Part shown: positions 20,627 through 31,936 of the stretch, piece after piece
Layout of the letters: each line of letters begins with the position of its first letter
Position numbering within the stretch: the stretch's first letter is position 1
Assembly: GCA_964603585.1 (NCBI GenBank)
Contig: CAZRVK010000001.1
Span: 5,327-69,326, forward strand
Direction: 5' to 3'
Length of the DNA: 64,000 nt
From: an uncultured Planctomycetales bacterium
Lineage (GTDB): Bacteria > Omnitrophota > Gorgyraeia > Gygaellales > Profunditerraquicolaceae
Position numbers and translations under genes: made by a program
The notes under the pieces: generated by a model
Told to the model about the DNA's origin: nothing
What the model saw: the letters and a program-made list of their open reading frames with translations, nothing else
Databases searched by the model: none

Positions 20627-22270
20627 ATGGCAAAGCAATTACTATACAGTGATGAGGCGCGCCGAAAGATATTAAGCGGTGTCGAACAGTTAGCCGCCGC
20701 AGTCAAGGTAACCCTGGGCCCAAAAGGGCGCAACGTAGTTATCGACAAGAAATTCGGCTCACCCACCATCACTAAAGACGGTGTAACAGTAGCAAAAGAA
20801 GTTGAACTTGAGGACCCATTTGAAAATATGGGCGCACAGATGGTAAAGGAAGTAGCGGAAAAAACCTCGGATATTGCCGGTGACGGAACCACCACCGCTA
20901 CTGTATTGGCGGAAGCGATCTACCGTGAAGGCTTGAAGAATGTGACCGCCGGAGCCAATCCCATGGCCTTAAAGCGTGGGATCGAAAAGGCCGTAGCCAA
21001 AATAGTCGAGGAATTGGAAAAGTTGTCCACCCCGATAAAGGATAAAAAAGAGATTGCCCAGGTTGCATCGATTGCGGCAAACTCTGACACCACGATCGGA
21101 GAACTGATCGCCGAAGCAATGGATAAAGTCGGCAAGGATGGCGTTATCACCGTTGAAGAAGCAAAATCAACCGCTACCACCTTGGACGTTGTCGAGGGTA
21201 TGCAGTTTGACCAGGGATACCTTTCTCCTTACTTTGTCACGGATGCCGAAAGGATGGAAGTGCTCTTGGAAGATCCTTATATACTGATTTATGAGAAAAA
21301 GATCTCATCGATCAAGGATATTCTGCCGCTTTTGGAGAAAATCGCCCGCGCCAGCAAACCGCTACTCATCATCGCAGAAGAGGTTGAAGGCGAGGCATTA
21401 GCAACATTGGTCGTAAACAAGATCCGCGGGACATTTGTTGCCTGTGCGGTCAAAGCTCCCGGATACGGTGACAGGCGCAAAGCTATGTTAGAGGATATTG
21501 CGATCCTGACTGGCGGCAAGGCCATTACCGAAGATCTCGGGATTAAACTGGAAAATATCGACATCGAGGATCTTGGACGCGCTAAAAAAGTAAAGATCGA
21601 TAAAGAAAATACCACGATCGTAGAAGGCGCTGGAAAATCTGCTGGGATCAATGCGCGTATCGCACAGATCAAAAAGCAGATCGAAGGCACCGACTCTGAT
21701 TATGATAAAGAAAAACTTCAGGAGCGTTTAGCCAAGCTTGCCGGTGGAGTCGCCGTAATTAACGTTGGCGCCGCTACTGAAACCGAAATGAAGGAAAAGA
21801 AAGCCAGGGTCGAAGACGCACTGCATGCAACCCGCGCTGCTTCGCAGGAAGGGATCGTTCCTGGAGGCGGAGTGGCTTTGGTCCGTTCTATTCCTGCACT
21901 CGACAAAGTAAAAGTCGATGGCGATGAAAAGATCGGTGTGGCGATCGTGCGCCGCGCCATTGAAGAGCCTTTAAGGAAGATCGCGGAAAATGCCGGTCTT
22001 GAAGGATCAGTGGTCGTACAAAAGATCAAACAGGAAAAAACCAATATCGGTTATGACGTTTCACAGGATGCCTATGTAGATATGATCGAGGCTGGTGTCA
22101 TCGATCCTACTAAGGTAACCCGTTCAGCTTTACAGAACGCATCCAGTATCGCAGCATTACTGCTGACTACCGAAACAGTCATTGCTGACAAACCCTCTAA
22201 AGAGGAAAAAATGCCGGCAATGCCACCAGGAGGCATGGGTGGAATGGGCGGAATGGGTGGAATGTATTAA
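20627..22270 (+). CDS. groEL: chaperonin GroEL
   Basis: [25 protein letters not shown], and a C-terminal GGM repeat. Confidence 0.97.
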   Translation: MAKQLLYSDEARRKILSGVEQLAAAVKVTLGPKGRNVVIDKKFGSPTITKDGVTVAKEVELEDPFENMGAQMVKEVAEKTSDIAGDGTTTATVLAEAIYREGLKNVTAGANPMALKRGIEKAVAKIVEELEKLSTPIKDKKEIAQVASIAANSDTTIGELIAEAMDKVGKDGVITVEEAKSTATTLDVVEGMQFDQGYLSPYFVTDAERMEVLLEDPYILIYEKKISSIKDILPLLEKIARASKPLLIIAEEVEGEALATLVVNKIRGTFVACAVKAPGYGDRRKAMLEDIAILTGGKAITEDLGIKLENIDIEDLGRAKKVKIDKENTTIVEGAGKSAGINARIAQIKKQIEGTDSDYDKEKLQERLAKLAGGVAVINVGAATETEMKEKKARVEDALHATRAASQEGIVPGGGVALVRSIPALDKVKVDGDEKIGVAIVRRAIEEPLRKIAENAGLEGSVVVQKIKQEKTNIGYDVSQDAYVDMIEAGVIDPTKVTRSALQNASSIAALLLTTETVIADKPSKEEKMPAMPPGGMGGMGGMGGMY

Positions 22271-22295
22271 ACTGCAGTTGAAATACGTGATAAAA

Positions 22296-22329
22296 AGAGG
22301 CGAAGGCGAAAACCTTCGCCTCTTTTATT
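22296..22329 (+). terminator. rho-independent terminator after groEL
   Basis: 11-bp perfect stem AGAGGCGAAGG/CCTTCGCCTCT with a 6-nt loop, followed by TTTATT. Confidence 0.8.
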
Positions 22330-22357
22330 GAGTATACTACCGATATAATTATTCAGC

Positions 22358-22386
22358 TTGACAAATTTATGATCTTAGTGTATAAT
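22358..22386 (+). promoter_or_regulatory. sigma-70 promoter TTGACA-17-TATAAT upstream of guaB-like/guaA
   Basis: Exact consensus hexamers with a 17-nt spacer. Confidence 0.7.
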
Positions 22387-22473
22387 TTTCTTTTCTAGAG
22401 GCCTTGTTAATTAGCCATAATTTATTGAAAATACAGGATTTACATATAACGCATATCACAAGGAGACCTAAAG

Positions 22474-23634
22474 ATGGCAGAGTGGATAGGTATTGGCAGG
22501 CGCGCACGCAGATGCTACGGATTCGATGAGATCGCACTTGTTCCCGGAGCAGAAACCATAAATCCGAACGAAGTAAATACCAGTTTTGAGATCGGCGGAA
22601 TGAAATTCGATGTCCCGATCATGGCCGCGGCTATGGACGGGGTAGTCGATGTAAAATTCGCCATTGAAATGTCCAAATTAGGGGGGATTGCCGTATTAAA
22701 CCTTGACGGCATCCAGACCCGTTATGAAAAGCCTGACCTGGTTTTAGAGAAAATCGCCCATGCCTCGCCAGAAGAAGCCACCGCTTTAATGCAGTCTCTA
22801 TATACCGCTCCGATCAAAGAAAAACTGATCGCGCAAAGGATACGCGAGATCAAACAGAAAAAAGGCACCGCGGTCGTCAGCTGTATCCCAGCGCATGCGG
22901 AGAAATTCTCCAAGATCGCTCTTGCCGCCAAAGCCGATATGTTCGTCGTCCAATCCACAGTGACCACAACAAAGCATATCGCCAAAGAATATAAAACTCT
23001 GGATCTGGCTAAATTCTGCAAATCCTCAAAGCTCCCGGTCATACTCGGAAACTGCGTCACTTATGAGATAACCCTGGAGCTCATGGAAGCCGGGGCTTCC
23101 GGATTACTAATCGGGGTCGGGCCGGGAGCAGCTTGTACGACCCGCGGGGTATTGGGGATAGGCGTACCTCAAGTTACTGCCACCGTTGATGCTGCAGCCG
23201 CAAGAGATTTTTATTTTAAGCGTTCCGGCAGATATATACCGATTATTACCGATGGCGGGATGAATAGAGGAGGAGATATCTGCAAGGCCTTTGCTTCCGG
23301 GGCAGATGCCGTAATGATCGGATCAAGCTTTGCCCATGCCAAAGAAGCGCCCGGCAGAGGGTATCACTGGGGAATGGCTACTTCACACGTAAATCTGCCT
23401 CGAGGAACTCGAATTTATGTCGGGACAACCGGGACTTTAAAAGAAATACTTTTCGGGCCGGCACGTGTAGATAACGGCTCACAAAATTTAATGGGAGCAC
23501 TGAAGACTTCCATGGGTTCTTTAGGAGCAGCTGACCTTAAGAAAATGCATGATGTCGAGATCATCATTGCGCCTTCCATTCAGACCGAAGGCAAGATCTT
23601 TCAGGTCGGACAACGTGTAGGGATGGGCAAATGA
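22474..23634 (+). CDS. guaB: IMP dehydrogenase family protein lacking the CBS subdomain
   Basis: IMPDH TIM barrel with the catalytic-loop Cys ([11 protein letters not shown]). Only 386 aa with no CBS pair. It sits immediately upstream of guaA. Confidence 0.7.
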   Translation: MAEWIGIGRRARRCYGFDEIALVPGAETINPNEVNTSFEIGGMKFDVPIMAAAMDGVVDVKFAIEMSKLGGIAVLNLDGIQTRYEKPDLVLEKIAHASPEEATALMQSLYTAPIKEKLIAQRIREIKQKKGTAVVSCIPAHAEKFSKIALAAKADMFVVQSTVTTTKHIAKEYKTLDLAKFCKSSKLPVILGNCVTYEITLELMEAGASGLLIGVGPGAACTTRGVLGIGVPQVTATVDAAAARDFYFKRSGRYIPIITDGGMNRGGDICKAFASGADAVMIGSSFAHAKEAPGRGYHWGMATSHVNLPRGTRIYVGTTGTLKEILFGPARVDNGSQNLMGALKTSMGSLGAADLKKMHDVEIIIAPSIQTEGKIFQVGQRVGMGK

Positions 23635-25172
23635 CCAGACAAACAATTTTTATTTTGGACTTTGGATCACAATACACTCAACTGATCGCGCGCCGTGTAA
23701 GAGAAAACAAGGTTTTTTCCCGCATTATCCCCTACAATACCCCGGCTAAGGAGATCGCCGCGCTTTCTCCCAAAGGATTAATACTTTCCGGAGGACCGGC
23801 TTCCGTGACCGAAAAGAAAAGCCCCTACCCTGATAAAGCAATATTCAAATTAGGTGTGCCTATTTTAGGTATCTGTTACGGCATGCAGGTGATCGCCGAG
23901 ATGTTATCCGGACGGGTAAAACATACCCGGCGACGTGAATTCGGAAAGGTCGAGCTTTTTATAGATGATAACCGCGATCTATTCAGCCATCTTCCAGGTA
24001 ACTTTACCTGCTGGGCAAGCCATGGGGATTTCGTTACAAAAATGCCTGCGGGATTCCATACCAGCGCCCATACCTTAAATACTCCAATCACCGCGATCTC
24101 AAATCATCAGAAAAAGATCTACGGAGTCCAATTCCATCCCGAGGTAACACATACAGAAAAAGGCTCGCAGATCATCAGTAATTTTTTATTCAAGATCTGC
24201 GGGTGCCTAAGCCGCTGGACAATGCAGTCATTTATTAAAGAATGCATCGAAAATACAAAGAAGAATGTCGGCCGCGACAAGGTCGTGCTGGGCTTAAGCG
24301 GAGGAGTGGATTCATCAGTTGCCGCGATCCTGGTACACCGGGCGATCGGCAGAAACTTACGCTGTATCTTTATCGACAATGGATTATTGCGCAATGAAGA
24401 AGCTGCGCAAATAAAGAATGTCTTCCGGGACATGTACCACCTGAACCTTGATTATGTCGACCGTAGTAAACGTTTCTTAACCCGCCTCAAAGGGATCACT
24501 GACCCAGAGGAAAAGAGGAAGATAATCGGAGATGAATTTGTAAAGGTTTTTGAAGAAGAAGCCGATAAAGTCAAAGGAGTGAAGTTTTTGGGACAAGGGA
24601 CTCTTTATCCTGATGTAATCGAGTCTATTTCCCCCACTGGCGCTCCCTCTGCTAAGATAAAAAGCCATCACAATGTGGGCGGACTGCCAGCGCACATGAA
24701 ATTAAAATTGATCGAGCCTTTACGCGACCTTTTTAAGGATGAGGTACGCCTTATCGGTAAAGAGTTGAATTTACCTGACCATATAGTTTTCCGCCAGCCA
24801 TTTCCCGGCCCAGGCCTGGCAATCCGCATCATTGGCGAGGTTACCAAGGAGCGCTTGGATATTTTAAGAGAGGTTGACCAAAAGGTGATTGAAGAAATAA
24901 AAAAGGCCGGCCTTTACGAGCAAATCTGGCAATCATTTGCAATACTGCTTCCCATTAAAAGCGTTGGTGTCATGGGCGATGAACGCACTTATGAAAATAC
25001 GGTAGCTATTCGCTGCGTAACCAGCCTTGACGGAATGACTGCCGATTGGGCAAAAATTCCCTATGAGATCTTAGAAAGAATGTCCAACCGCATTATAAAC
25101 GAAGTAAAAGGCGTAAACCGGGTTGTTTACGATATAAGCTCAAAACCACCCGCAACTATCGAGTGGGAATAA
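23631..25172 (+). CDS. guaA: GMP synthase (glutamine-hydrolysing)
   Basis: GATase1 domain (ILGICYGMQ), ATP-PPase SGGVDSSV P-loop, and a C-terminal dimerisation domain. Confidence 0.95.
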   Translation: MTRQTIFILDFGSQYTQLIARRVRENKVFSRIIPYNTPAKEIAALSPKGLILSGGPASVTEKKSPYPDKAIFKLGVPILGICYGMQVIAEMLSGRVKHTRRREFGKVELFIDDNRDLFSHLPGNFTCWASHGDFVTKMPAGFHTSAHTLNTPITAISNHQKKIYGVQFHPEVTHTEKGSQIISNFLFKICGCLSRWTMQSFIKECIENTKKNVGRDKVVLGLSGGVDSSVAAILVHRAIGRNLRCIFIDNGLLRNEEAAQIKNVFRDMYHLNLDYVDRSKRFLTRLKGITDPEEKRKIIGDEFVKVFEEEADKVKGVKFLGQGTLYPDVIESISPTGAPSAKIKSHHNVGGLPAHMKLKLIEPLRDLFKDEVRLIGKELNLPDHIVFRQPFPGPGLAIRIIGEVTKERLDILREVDQKVIEEIKKAGLYEQIWQSFAILLPIKSVGVMGDERTYENTVAIRCVTSLDGMTADWAKIPYEILERMSNRIINEVKGVNRVVYDISSKPPATIEWE

Positions 25173-25190
25173 GCGGCTTAAAGTAAACAA

Positions 25191-25356
25191 CGGTGGCTCA
25201 TTGCTGATGGCTCATGGTAAAAACAAAATGCTTGTAAACAATCGGCGCTATCGAGTAGAAGAATCAAACTATAAACCATTAGCGAAAGCTATAGAAGAAA
25301 TTGGCTTATAACTTATGTGCTTGCTTTTACCATGAGCTATGAGCCATGAGCCAACG
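25191..25356. repeat. ATGAGCC/GGCTCAT heptamer hairpin repeat element, copy A (long form with about 100 nt central region)
   Basis: Left arm TGGCTCATTGCTGATGGCTCATGGTAAAA and right arm TTTTACCATGAGCTATGAGCCATGAGCCAAC are inverted repeats; the right flank is CAACGACCCAAGGCTATAAAC. Confidence 0.8.
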
Positions 25357-25377
25357 ACCCAAGGCTATAAACTTCCC

Positions 25378-28300
25378 ATGCCCCATTCTGACTTTATCCA
25401 CCTGCATCTGCACACCCAGTATTCACTTTTAGACGGCGCCTGCCGGATCAATGAGCTGTTGGCCCTGGCTAATCAGTACAAAATGGACTCCCTGGCAATC
25501 ACTGATCACGGCAACATGTTTGGCGCAATTGATTTTTATACCTCGGCCCAAAAAGCCGGGATCAAACCGATCATCGGCTGTGAGGTTTATATCGCTCCCA
25601 AAAGCCGCCTGGAAAAGAGTATCCAGGGGGTCGAAGACTCTTCATATCACTTGATCCTTTTAGCCAGGAATGAGGCAGGATACCACAACCTAATGAAATT
25701 GGTTTCTATTTCTTATCTTGAAGGATTTTATTATAAGCCCAGGATCGATAAAGATATACTTGAAGAATACAAAGACGGATTGATCGCCCTTAGCGCCTGT
25801 CTGAAAGGAGAGATTCCTTCTTTATTACGGCAAAAACGTTTCAATGACGCCTTAAAATCTGCCGAAGAATTCCTTCGGATATTCACAAAGGAGAATTTCT
25901 ACCTGGAACTGCAGGAAAATGGTATACCGGAACAAAAAGAAGTGAATCTTGGCCTGGTAAGGATATCGAAAGAACTGCATATCCCGCTGGTAGCCACAAA
26001 TGATGTCCATTACTTGAACCGTAACCATGCCAAAAGCCATGAAGCGCTTTTATGCATACAAACTCAAACCACGCTTAACGATCCTAAGCGAATGAAACTG
26101 CAAACCGATGAATTTTATTTTAAATCCCCGCAGGAAATGAAACAATTGTTTAGCGAGTATCCAGAGGCGATCGCCAACACCCTTGAGATCGCCAGCCGCT
26201 GTAATCTGGAACTGGATTTTTCATCATATCATTTGCCGAAATACCTGCCTCCGGAAGGAAAGACCAAAGAAGAGTTCCTGCGCCAATTATGCGAAACCGG
26301 GATAATACAGCGTTTTGGACAGAAATCTACCGAGATCGCTGAACGCCTGGAGTATGAACTAAAAATGATCAAGAATATGGGATTTACCAGCTATTTCCTG
26401 ATCGTATGGGATTTCATCCATTACGCTAAAAGTCAGGATATCCCGGTAGGCCCGGGAAGAGGAAGCGCAGCAGGAAGCATCGTCAGTTACCTTTTAGGGA
26501 TCACCGATATTAACCCGTTAAAATACGGACTGATCTTTGAAAGGTTCCTTAATCCCGAGCGCTTGAGCATGCCAGATATCGATATCGACTTTTGTTACGA
26601 AAGAAGGCCGGAAGTAATAGATTATGTAACAAAAAAATACGGCAGGGAGAATGTGGCCCAGATCATCACTTTCGGAACAATGCAGGCAAAGCTGGTGGTC
26701 CGTGACGTAGGCAGGGTCATGGGTATTCCTTACGCCGATGTTGACCGGATCGCCAAAATGATCCCTACTGACCCCGGGACCACCTTAAAAAAAGCCCTGG
26801 AAACCGAAATGGAATTAAATACCCTGTATAAAACCGATTCACAGATCACCGAACTCTTAAACATCGCGATGTCATTGGAAGGGCTTAACCGGCACGCCTC
26901 TATGCATGCCGCCGGTGTCGTAATCAGCGATAAGCCTTTGAATAATTACAGCCCGTTGTTTAAAACCCAGGATGACCAGATCTCCACCGGATTTACCATG
27001 GAAGCCCTGGAGAAGATCGGGCTTTTAAAAATGGATTTTTTGGGGTTACGCACCCTGACCGTAATTGACCAAACGATCAAAATAATAGAAAAAACACAGG
27101 GCAAAAGAATAAAAGTCGATGAAATACCGCTCAATGACCAAGAAACTTACGGACTTCTTAGTTCCTCACAAACTATCGGCATATTTCAGGTCGAAAGTTC
27201 CGGGATGCGCGACCTTTTACGAAAGCTTGAACCCGAAACATTCGAAGACCTGATCGCTTTAGTTGCCTTATACCGCCCTGGGCCTATCGGATCCGGGATG
27301 CTCGATGATTTTATCAAGCGCAAACACAAGCTTATCCCGATCAAATATGAACATCCTTTACTTGAACCCATACTTAAGGAAACCTACGGGATCATGGTTT
27401 ACCAGGAACAGATCATGCAGATCGCATCAAGCCTGGCTGGGTTCAGTCTTGCCCAAGCCGATATTTTACGCAAAGCCATGGGCAAAAAGATCCCGGAGGT
27501 AATGGAAAAACAGCGTATAAATTTCATTTCCGGATGCATTAAGAACGGGGTAAAAGAATCCACCGCCGCAAAGATCTTCGATCTGATCGAATATTTTTCC
27601 GGATACGGATTCAACAAGTCGCACAGCGCGGCATATGCACTTATTTCTTATCGTACGGCCTATTTAAAAGCGAATTATCCGGTTGAATTCATGACCGCCC
27701 TGCTTACTTCCGAGCGTAACAACACGGATAAAATCGTAGAATACGTCAACGAGGCAAACCGCATGGGTTTAAAAATATTGCCGCCGGATATCAATCAAAG
27801 CGATGCCTTTTTTAAAGTGATCGATCACGAAACCATCCGGTTTGCCCTCTTAGCAATAAAAAACGTGGGGTCCGGCGCTGCAGAATCCATCGTAGCCGCC
27901 CGTGCTAAAGGAGAATTCACCTCCTTAGATAAGTTTTGCCAGCGTATAGATCTTCGATTAGCAAACAAGAAAGTCTTAGAGAGCCTGATCAAATGCGGAG
28001 CCATGGATTGTTTTAACCTGCCGCGTGCACAAATGACAGCATCCTTAGATAAAATAATCGAGGCGGCCGCCAGAAGCCAAAAAGAGATATCCACCGGACA
28101 ACTTTCTTTCTTTGATTCCCCGGTTTCCGGACAAAAAGGATTCAAAGAAAATACTGCCAATATCCCATATGTCAAGGAGTGGCCGGAACCGCAGATACTG
28201 GCTTTCGAAAAAGAAATGCTGGGCTTCTACATCAGCGGGCATCCGCTGGCGCGTTATGCCAGACAATTAAAAAGATTTGCGTCCACCTCAATTGCCAATT

Positions 28301-28818
28301 TAGGAAATCATAAACATGATGATGAAATAAAGATAGTATGCCTTTTAGCCAAAATAAAACAGACCGTAACCAGGGCAAAACAGGAAAAAATGGCGATCTT
28401 AAAGCTGGAAGATCTCGAAGGAGTTGCCGAAGCTTTGGTTTTTCCGCAATCTTTCCAGAAAATATCCCGTTATTTATTGCCGAATACCGTGGTATTGATC
28501 AAAGGACGTTTAAGCATAGTAGAGGATGAAGCTCCTAAAATACTGGTCAATGAACTCCTCCCGATGGATGCGGTATATAAATTGATCAGCTCGATCAATA
28601 TAAATCTTTCCGGTTTACAGGAAAACCTGTTTATATCCCTTAAAACACTGCTTGCCAGCCACAATGGCTCAACACCAGTATTTTTGCATATAGATACCCC
28701 TGCCAAATCCGTAGTCCAGCTTGTAGTCGGAGAAAACCTATATGTCTCTCCCAATGAGAAATTAATACAAGAGATAATCGACCTTATAGGAGAAGATAAA
28801 TTATCCCTTGTTTTATAA
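25378..28818 (+). CDS. dnaE: DNA polymerase III subunit alpha
   Basis: PHP domain (HLHLHTQYSLLDGA), polymerase core, OB fold. I chose the ATG at 25378 rather than the track start 25339, which lies inside the repeat element. Confidence 0.9.
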   Translation: MPHSDFIHLHLHTQYSLLDGACRINELLALANQYKMDSLAITDHGNMFGAIDFYTSAQKAGIKPIIGCEVYIAPKSRLEKSIQGVEDSSYHLILLARNEAGYHNLMKLVSISYLEGFYYKPRIDKDILEEYKDGLIALSACLKGEIPSLLRQKRFNDALKSAEEFLRIFTKENFYLELQENGIPEQKEVNLGLVRISKELHIPLVATNDVHYLNRNHAKSHEALLCIQTQTTLNDPKRMKLQTDEFYFKSPQEMKQLFSEYPEAIANTLEIASRCNLELDFSSYHLPKYLPPEGKTKEEFLRQLCETGIIQRFGQKSTEIAERLEYELKMIKNMGFTSYFLIVWDFIHYAKSQDIPVGPGRGSAAGSIVSYLLGITDINPLKYGLIFERFLNPERLSMPDIDIDFCYERRPEVIDYVTKKYGRENVAQIITFGTMQAKLVVRDVGRVMGIPYADVDRIAKMIPTDPGTTLKKALETEMELNTLYKTDSQITELLNIAMSLEGLNRHASMHAAGVVISDKPLNNYSPLFKTQDDQISTGFTMEALEKIGLLKMDFLGLRTLTVIDQTIKIIEKTQGKRIKVDEIPLNDQETYGLLSSSQTIGIFQVESSGMRDLLRKLEPETFEDLIALVALYRPGPIGSGMLDDFIKRKHKLIPIKYEHPLLEPILKETYGIMVYQEQIMQIASSLAGFSLAQADILRKAMGKKIPEVMEKQRINFISGCIKNGVKESTAAKIFDLIEYFSGYGFNKSHSAAYALISYRTAYLKANYPVEFMTALLTSERNNTDKIVEYVNEANRMGLKILPPDINQSDAFFKVIDHETIRFALLAIKNVGSGAAESIVAARAKGEFTSLDKFCQRIDLRLANKKVLESLIKCGAMDCFNLPRAQMTASLDKIIEAAARSQKEISTGQLSFFDSPVSGQKGFKENTANIPYVKEWPEPQILAFEKEMLGFYISGHPLARYARQLKRFASTSIANLGNHKHDDEIKIVCLLAKIKQTVTRAKQEKMAILKLEDLEGVAEALVFPQSFQKISRYLLPNTVVLIKGRLSIVEDEAPKILVNELLPMDAVYKLISSININLSGLQENLFISLKTLLASHNGSTPVFLHIDTPAKSVVQLVVGENLYVSPNEKLIQEIIDLIGEDKLSLVL

Positions 28819-28871
28819 GCGTTTATTTTATACTTCAATTATCGGTTTATAGCGAGTTAGCAAAAAAACTG

Positions 28872-28900
28872 TTGACATCGTAAGCTTTTGTTTGTATTAT
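28872..28900 (+). promoter_or_regulatory. sigma-70 promoter TTGACA-17-TATTAT upstream of the HU gene
   Basis: Hexamers at 28872-28877 and 28895-28900. Confidence 0.65.
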
Positions 28901-28937
28901 ACTTACGAATAATAAGATATTTAAAAAGGGGGCAAAA

Positions 28938-29210
28938 ATGACCAAAAAAGATATTATCCTGAAAGTTTCCGATGAAACAAAATTAAAGCAAATAGATGTA
29001 AAACAGGTAGTACAAAAAACCTTTGACTGCATAACTGAGGCACTGGTAAGAGGAGAAAAGATCGAGTTGCGCAATTTCGGGGTTTTCAAAGTAAAACAGC
29101 GGAAAAGCCGCACCGGAAGGAATCCACGCACCGGTCAAGTAGTCCCAGTCCCCCCCAGAAAAGTGGTTATCTTTAAGCCCGGCTTAGAGATGAAGCATGA
29201 AATAAAATAA
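28938..29210 (+). CDS. HU/IHF family DNA-binding protein
   Basis: 90 aa, with the arm motif GVFKVKQRKSRTGRNPRTGQVVPVPPRKVVIFKPG. RBS AAAGGGGG lies upstream. Confidence 0.85.
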   Translation: MTKKDIILKVSDETKLKQIDVKQVVQKTFDCITEALVRGEKIELRNFGVFKVKQRKSRTGRNPRTGQVVPVPPRKVVIFKPGLEMKHEIK

Positions 29211-29238
29211 CTCTATAACCTCACCTTTATAAAAAACG

Positions 29239-30504
29239 ATGTTTAACCGAATTCCCGGAACAAAAGATATCCTTCCGGATGAAATATATTTATGGCAGAC
29301 AATAGAAAATATCTCCCGGGATATTTTCGCGCTTTATGATTTTAAGGAGATCCGTCCGCCGGTAATCGAGGATGCCTCTTTATTCAACCGTTCTTTGGGG
29401 GAATTTACCGAGATCGTCCAAAAACAGATGTTTTTGATAGCTCATCAGGACGACCTTTATGCACTGCGACCGGAAGGGACAGCCTCGGTTGTGCGCGCAT
29501 ATATCGAAAATCACCTTGATAAAACATTGGGGGCCGCCAAATTATATTATATCGGGCCGATGTTCCGTTTAGAACGGCCGCAAAAAGGAAGACTGCGGCA
29601 ATTTCATCATATTGGGGCCGAAGTCATCGGTTCATCATCTTGCGATGTTGACATTGAGATCATTTCACTGGCAAACCGCCTTTTAAGGGAATATAAAATC
29701 GATGACTATGAGATACTCATCAACAGCCTCGGATGTCATAAGGATAAACAGGGGTTTATCGGAATACTCCGTGAAAAATTAAAAGATAAACTCAATGATC
29801 TATGTCCTGACTGCAATGACCGCTTTCACCGTAATGTGTTGCGCATTTTGGACTGTAAAAATGAATCCTGCAAAGCAGTCGTTAATAATATGCACCTGGA
29901 TAACCAACATCTTTGCCAGGATTGCCGTGAACATTTTTCAAAAGTAGAATCCGGCTTAAAAACTTTAGGCATCAGGTTCACGGTTTCCCCGCTGCTTGTC
30001 CGTGGCCTCGACTATTATACCCGTACGGTTTTTGAAATAAAACATGCCGGTTTAGGCGCCCAGGATGCGATTGGAGCAGGAGGGCGCTATGACAACCTGG
30101 TAAAAGATTTAGGCGGCCCGGATCTATGCGCAGTAGGTTTTGCCTTTGGGGTCGAAAGAGTATTGCTGGCCGCCAAAGATATTCCTAAAGAACAAAAACA
30201 GAAAAAACTGGCTTTTGTTTTTCCTTTGGGAGATAAGGCACAATCCAGTATTCTTGAACTTGCGGATAACTTAAGGCTTGCAGGTATCCCAACCGCACAA
30301 TGTTTTTCTTTTGAGGAAAAATCCCTAAAAGGCGCTATGCGGCAGGCTAACAACATCAAGGCAAGCCACTTTTTGATCATTGGCGATAATGAGTTGAAAA
30401 ATGGCGTGGTCTCCTGTAAAGATATGTCTACCGGAGAGCAAAAGGAATATAAAAAAGACGAAATTATTAACAAACTCAAAGATAATAAACCAAGGATAGA
30501 CTAA
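29239..30504 (+). CDS. hisS: histidine--tRNA ligase
   Basis: Class II motifs and HisRS-specific regions (RPEGTASVVRAY, GGRYDNL). Confidence 0.9.
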   Translation: MFNRIPGTKDILPDEIYLWQTIENISRDIFALYDFKEIRPPVIEDASLFNRSLGEFTEIVQKQMFLIAHQDDLYALRPEGTASVVRAYIENHLDKTLGAAKLYYIGPMFRLERPQKGRLRQFHHIGAEVIGSSSCDVDIEIISLANRLLREYKIDDYEILINSLGCHKDKQGFIGILREKLKDKLNDLCPDCNDRFHRNVLRILDCKNESCKAVVNNMHLDNQHLCQDCREHFSKVESGLKTLGIRFTVSPLLVRGLDYYTRTVFEIKHAGLGAQDAIGAGGRYDNLVKDLGGPDLCAVGFAFGVERVLLAAKDIPKEQKQKKLAFVFPLGDKAQSSILELADNLRLAGIPTAQCFSFEEKSLKGAMRQANNIKASHFLIIGDNELKNGVVSCKDMSTGEQKEYKKDEIINKLKDNKPRID

Positions 30505-30505
30505 C

Positions 30506-31888
30506 ATGTTACGGACACACACCTGTGGAGGCTTAAATGCCAAGGATGCACAAAAAACCGTTAATCTTTGCGGATGGGTCGCAACACGCCGGGATCACGG
30601 TAAATTAATTTTTATTGATATCCGCGACCGCTACGGGATCACTCAAGTCACCTTTATCCCTAAAGAAGCCGGGGATTCCTATAAAATAGCCCAGGAACTA
30701 AGAGCAGAGTATGTCATCCGTGTAACCGGGGTGGTCAACTTAAGGCCGGCAAACAACATTAATCCGAACTTGCCTACAGGTGAGATCGAGATTCTGGCAA
30801 AGAACGTGGAAATCCTCAATCCCAGTTTAACCCCGCCGTTCGAGATCCTAGATACGCTTGAAGTTGCCGAAGATATACGGCTTAAATACCGCTATCTGGA
30901 TCTGCGCCGTAAAAAGGCTTTCGATAATTTCGCCTTACGGCATATAGTCTATCAAACCACCCGGGCATTCCTGAATCAACAGGGGTTCATCGAGGCAGAA
31001 ACCCCTATACTTACAAAATCCACTCCGGAAGGGGCACGAGATTATTTAGTCCCTTCCCGCATATCCGAAGGGGAATTCTTTGCTCTGCCCCAATCACCAC
31101 AGCTGTTTAAACAGCTGTTGATGGTGGCTGGGATAGATAAATATTATCAGATCGCTAAATGTTTCCGTGATGAAGACCTGCGTGCAGACCGCCAGCCTGA
31201 ATTTACACAACTGGATATGGAAATATCATTTCCTTCGGAAGAAGAGATATTCTCCATCATTGAACAACTGATGCAATTGATCTTTAAAACGGCTAAAAAC
31301 ATCCAGATCGAGATCCCTTTCCCGAGGATGACCTACCAGGAAGCGCAAAGCAAATACGGCTGTGATAAACCTGATATCAGAAAGGAAACAAAACTGGATT
31401 TCGCTTTTATCTGGGTCACCGATTTTCCCTTATTCAAATTCAACCAGGAAGAAAAACGCTGGGAAAGCGAGCACCATCCATTTACCAGCCCAAATGACCA
31501 GGACCTGGATATATTGGAAAGCACCCCCGATAAAGTAAAATCACGAGCGTATGACCTGGTCTTAAACGGCATGGAGATAGGTTCCGGCTCAATCAGGATA
31601 CACAACCCCAAGCTGCAGGAAAGGATATTTAAGATCATCGGCATCGATGATGAACAGGCAAGAAAAAGGTTTGGGTTCCTGCTGGAGGCATTTCAATATG
31701 GTGCGCCTCCGCATGGGGGATTTGCCTTTGGTATGGACAGATTGTTAGCTACTTTGGCGAATGAGGATAGTATCAGAGAAATGATCGCATTCCCAAAGAC
31801 CGCTAAAGGATTCTGCCCTTTGACCAATGCCCCGTCTGAAGTAGAGGAAAAGCAGTTAAAAGAACTACATTTAAGCATCAGGAAGTAA
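30506..31888 (+). CDS. aspS: aspartate--tRNA ligase, short bacterial-type form lacking the GAD insertion domain
   Basis: N-terminal OB fold, FRDEDLRADRQPEFTQLDME, YGCDKPDIR followed directly by FIWVTDFPLF, HHPFTSP, GGFAFGMDRL. 460 aa. Confidence 0.85.
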   Translation: MLRTHTCGGLNAKDAQKTVNLCGWVATRRDHGKLIFIDIRDRYGITQVTFIPKEAGDSYKIAQELRAEYVIRVTGVVNLRPANNINPNLPTGEIEILAKNVEILNPSLTPPFEILDTLEVAEDIRLKYRYLDLRRKKAFDNFALRHIVYQTTRAFLNQQGFIEAETPILTKSTPEGARDYLVPSRISEGEFFALPQSPQLFKQLLMVAGIDKYYQIAKCFRDEDLRADRQPEFTQLDMEISFPSEEEIFSIIEQLMQLIFKTAKNIQIEIPFPRMTYQEAQSKYGCDKPDIRKETKLDFAFIWVTDFPLFKFNQEEKRWESEHHPFTSPNDQDLDILESTPDKVKSRAYDLVLNGMEIGSGSIRIHNPKLQERIFKIIGIDDEQARKRFGFLLEAFQYGAPPHGGFAFGMDRLLATLANEDSIREMIAFPKTAKGFCPLTNAPSEVEEKQLKELHLSIRK

Positions 31889-31936
31889 CACGGTAGAAGA
31901 TAAATCTTAAAAGTGCAAACAAAAAGGGGGGAACAG

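Noticed and set aside
20260-20895. 211-aa minus-strand ORF covering groES and the start of groEL
   Set aside because: It is entirely antisense to two highly conserved genes, has no RBS, and has a low-complexity Ser/Thr-rich translation. Spurious.
22225-22267. Tandem ATGGGTGGA/ATGGGCGGA repeats
   Set aside because: This is the normal C-terminal GGM tail of GroEL, not a repeat element.
25339-25377. Upstream start codons for dnaE (and similarly 44526 for ppdK) given by the ORF track
   Set aside because: These extensions translate the ATGAGCC repeat element (MSHEPTTQGYKLP / MSYKPKATCYGLKRRVLKA). Conserved protein N-termini begin at 25378 and 44583, and ppdK has a consensus RBS there.
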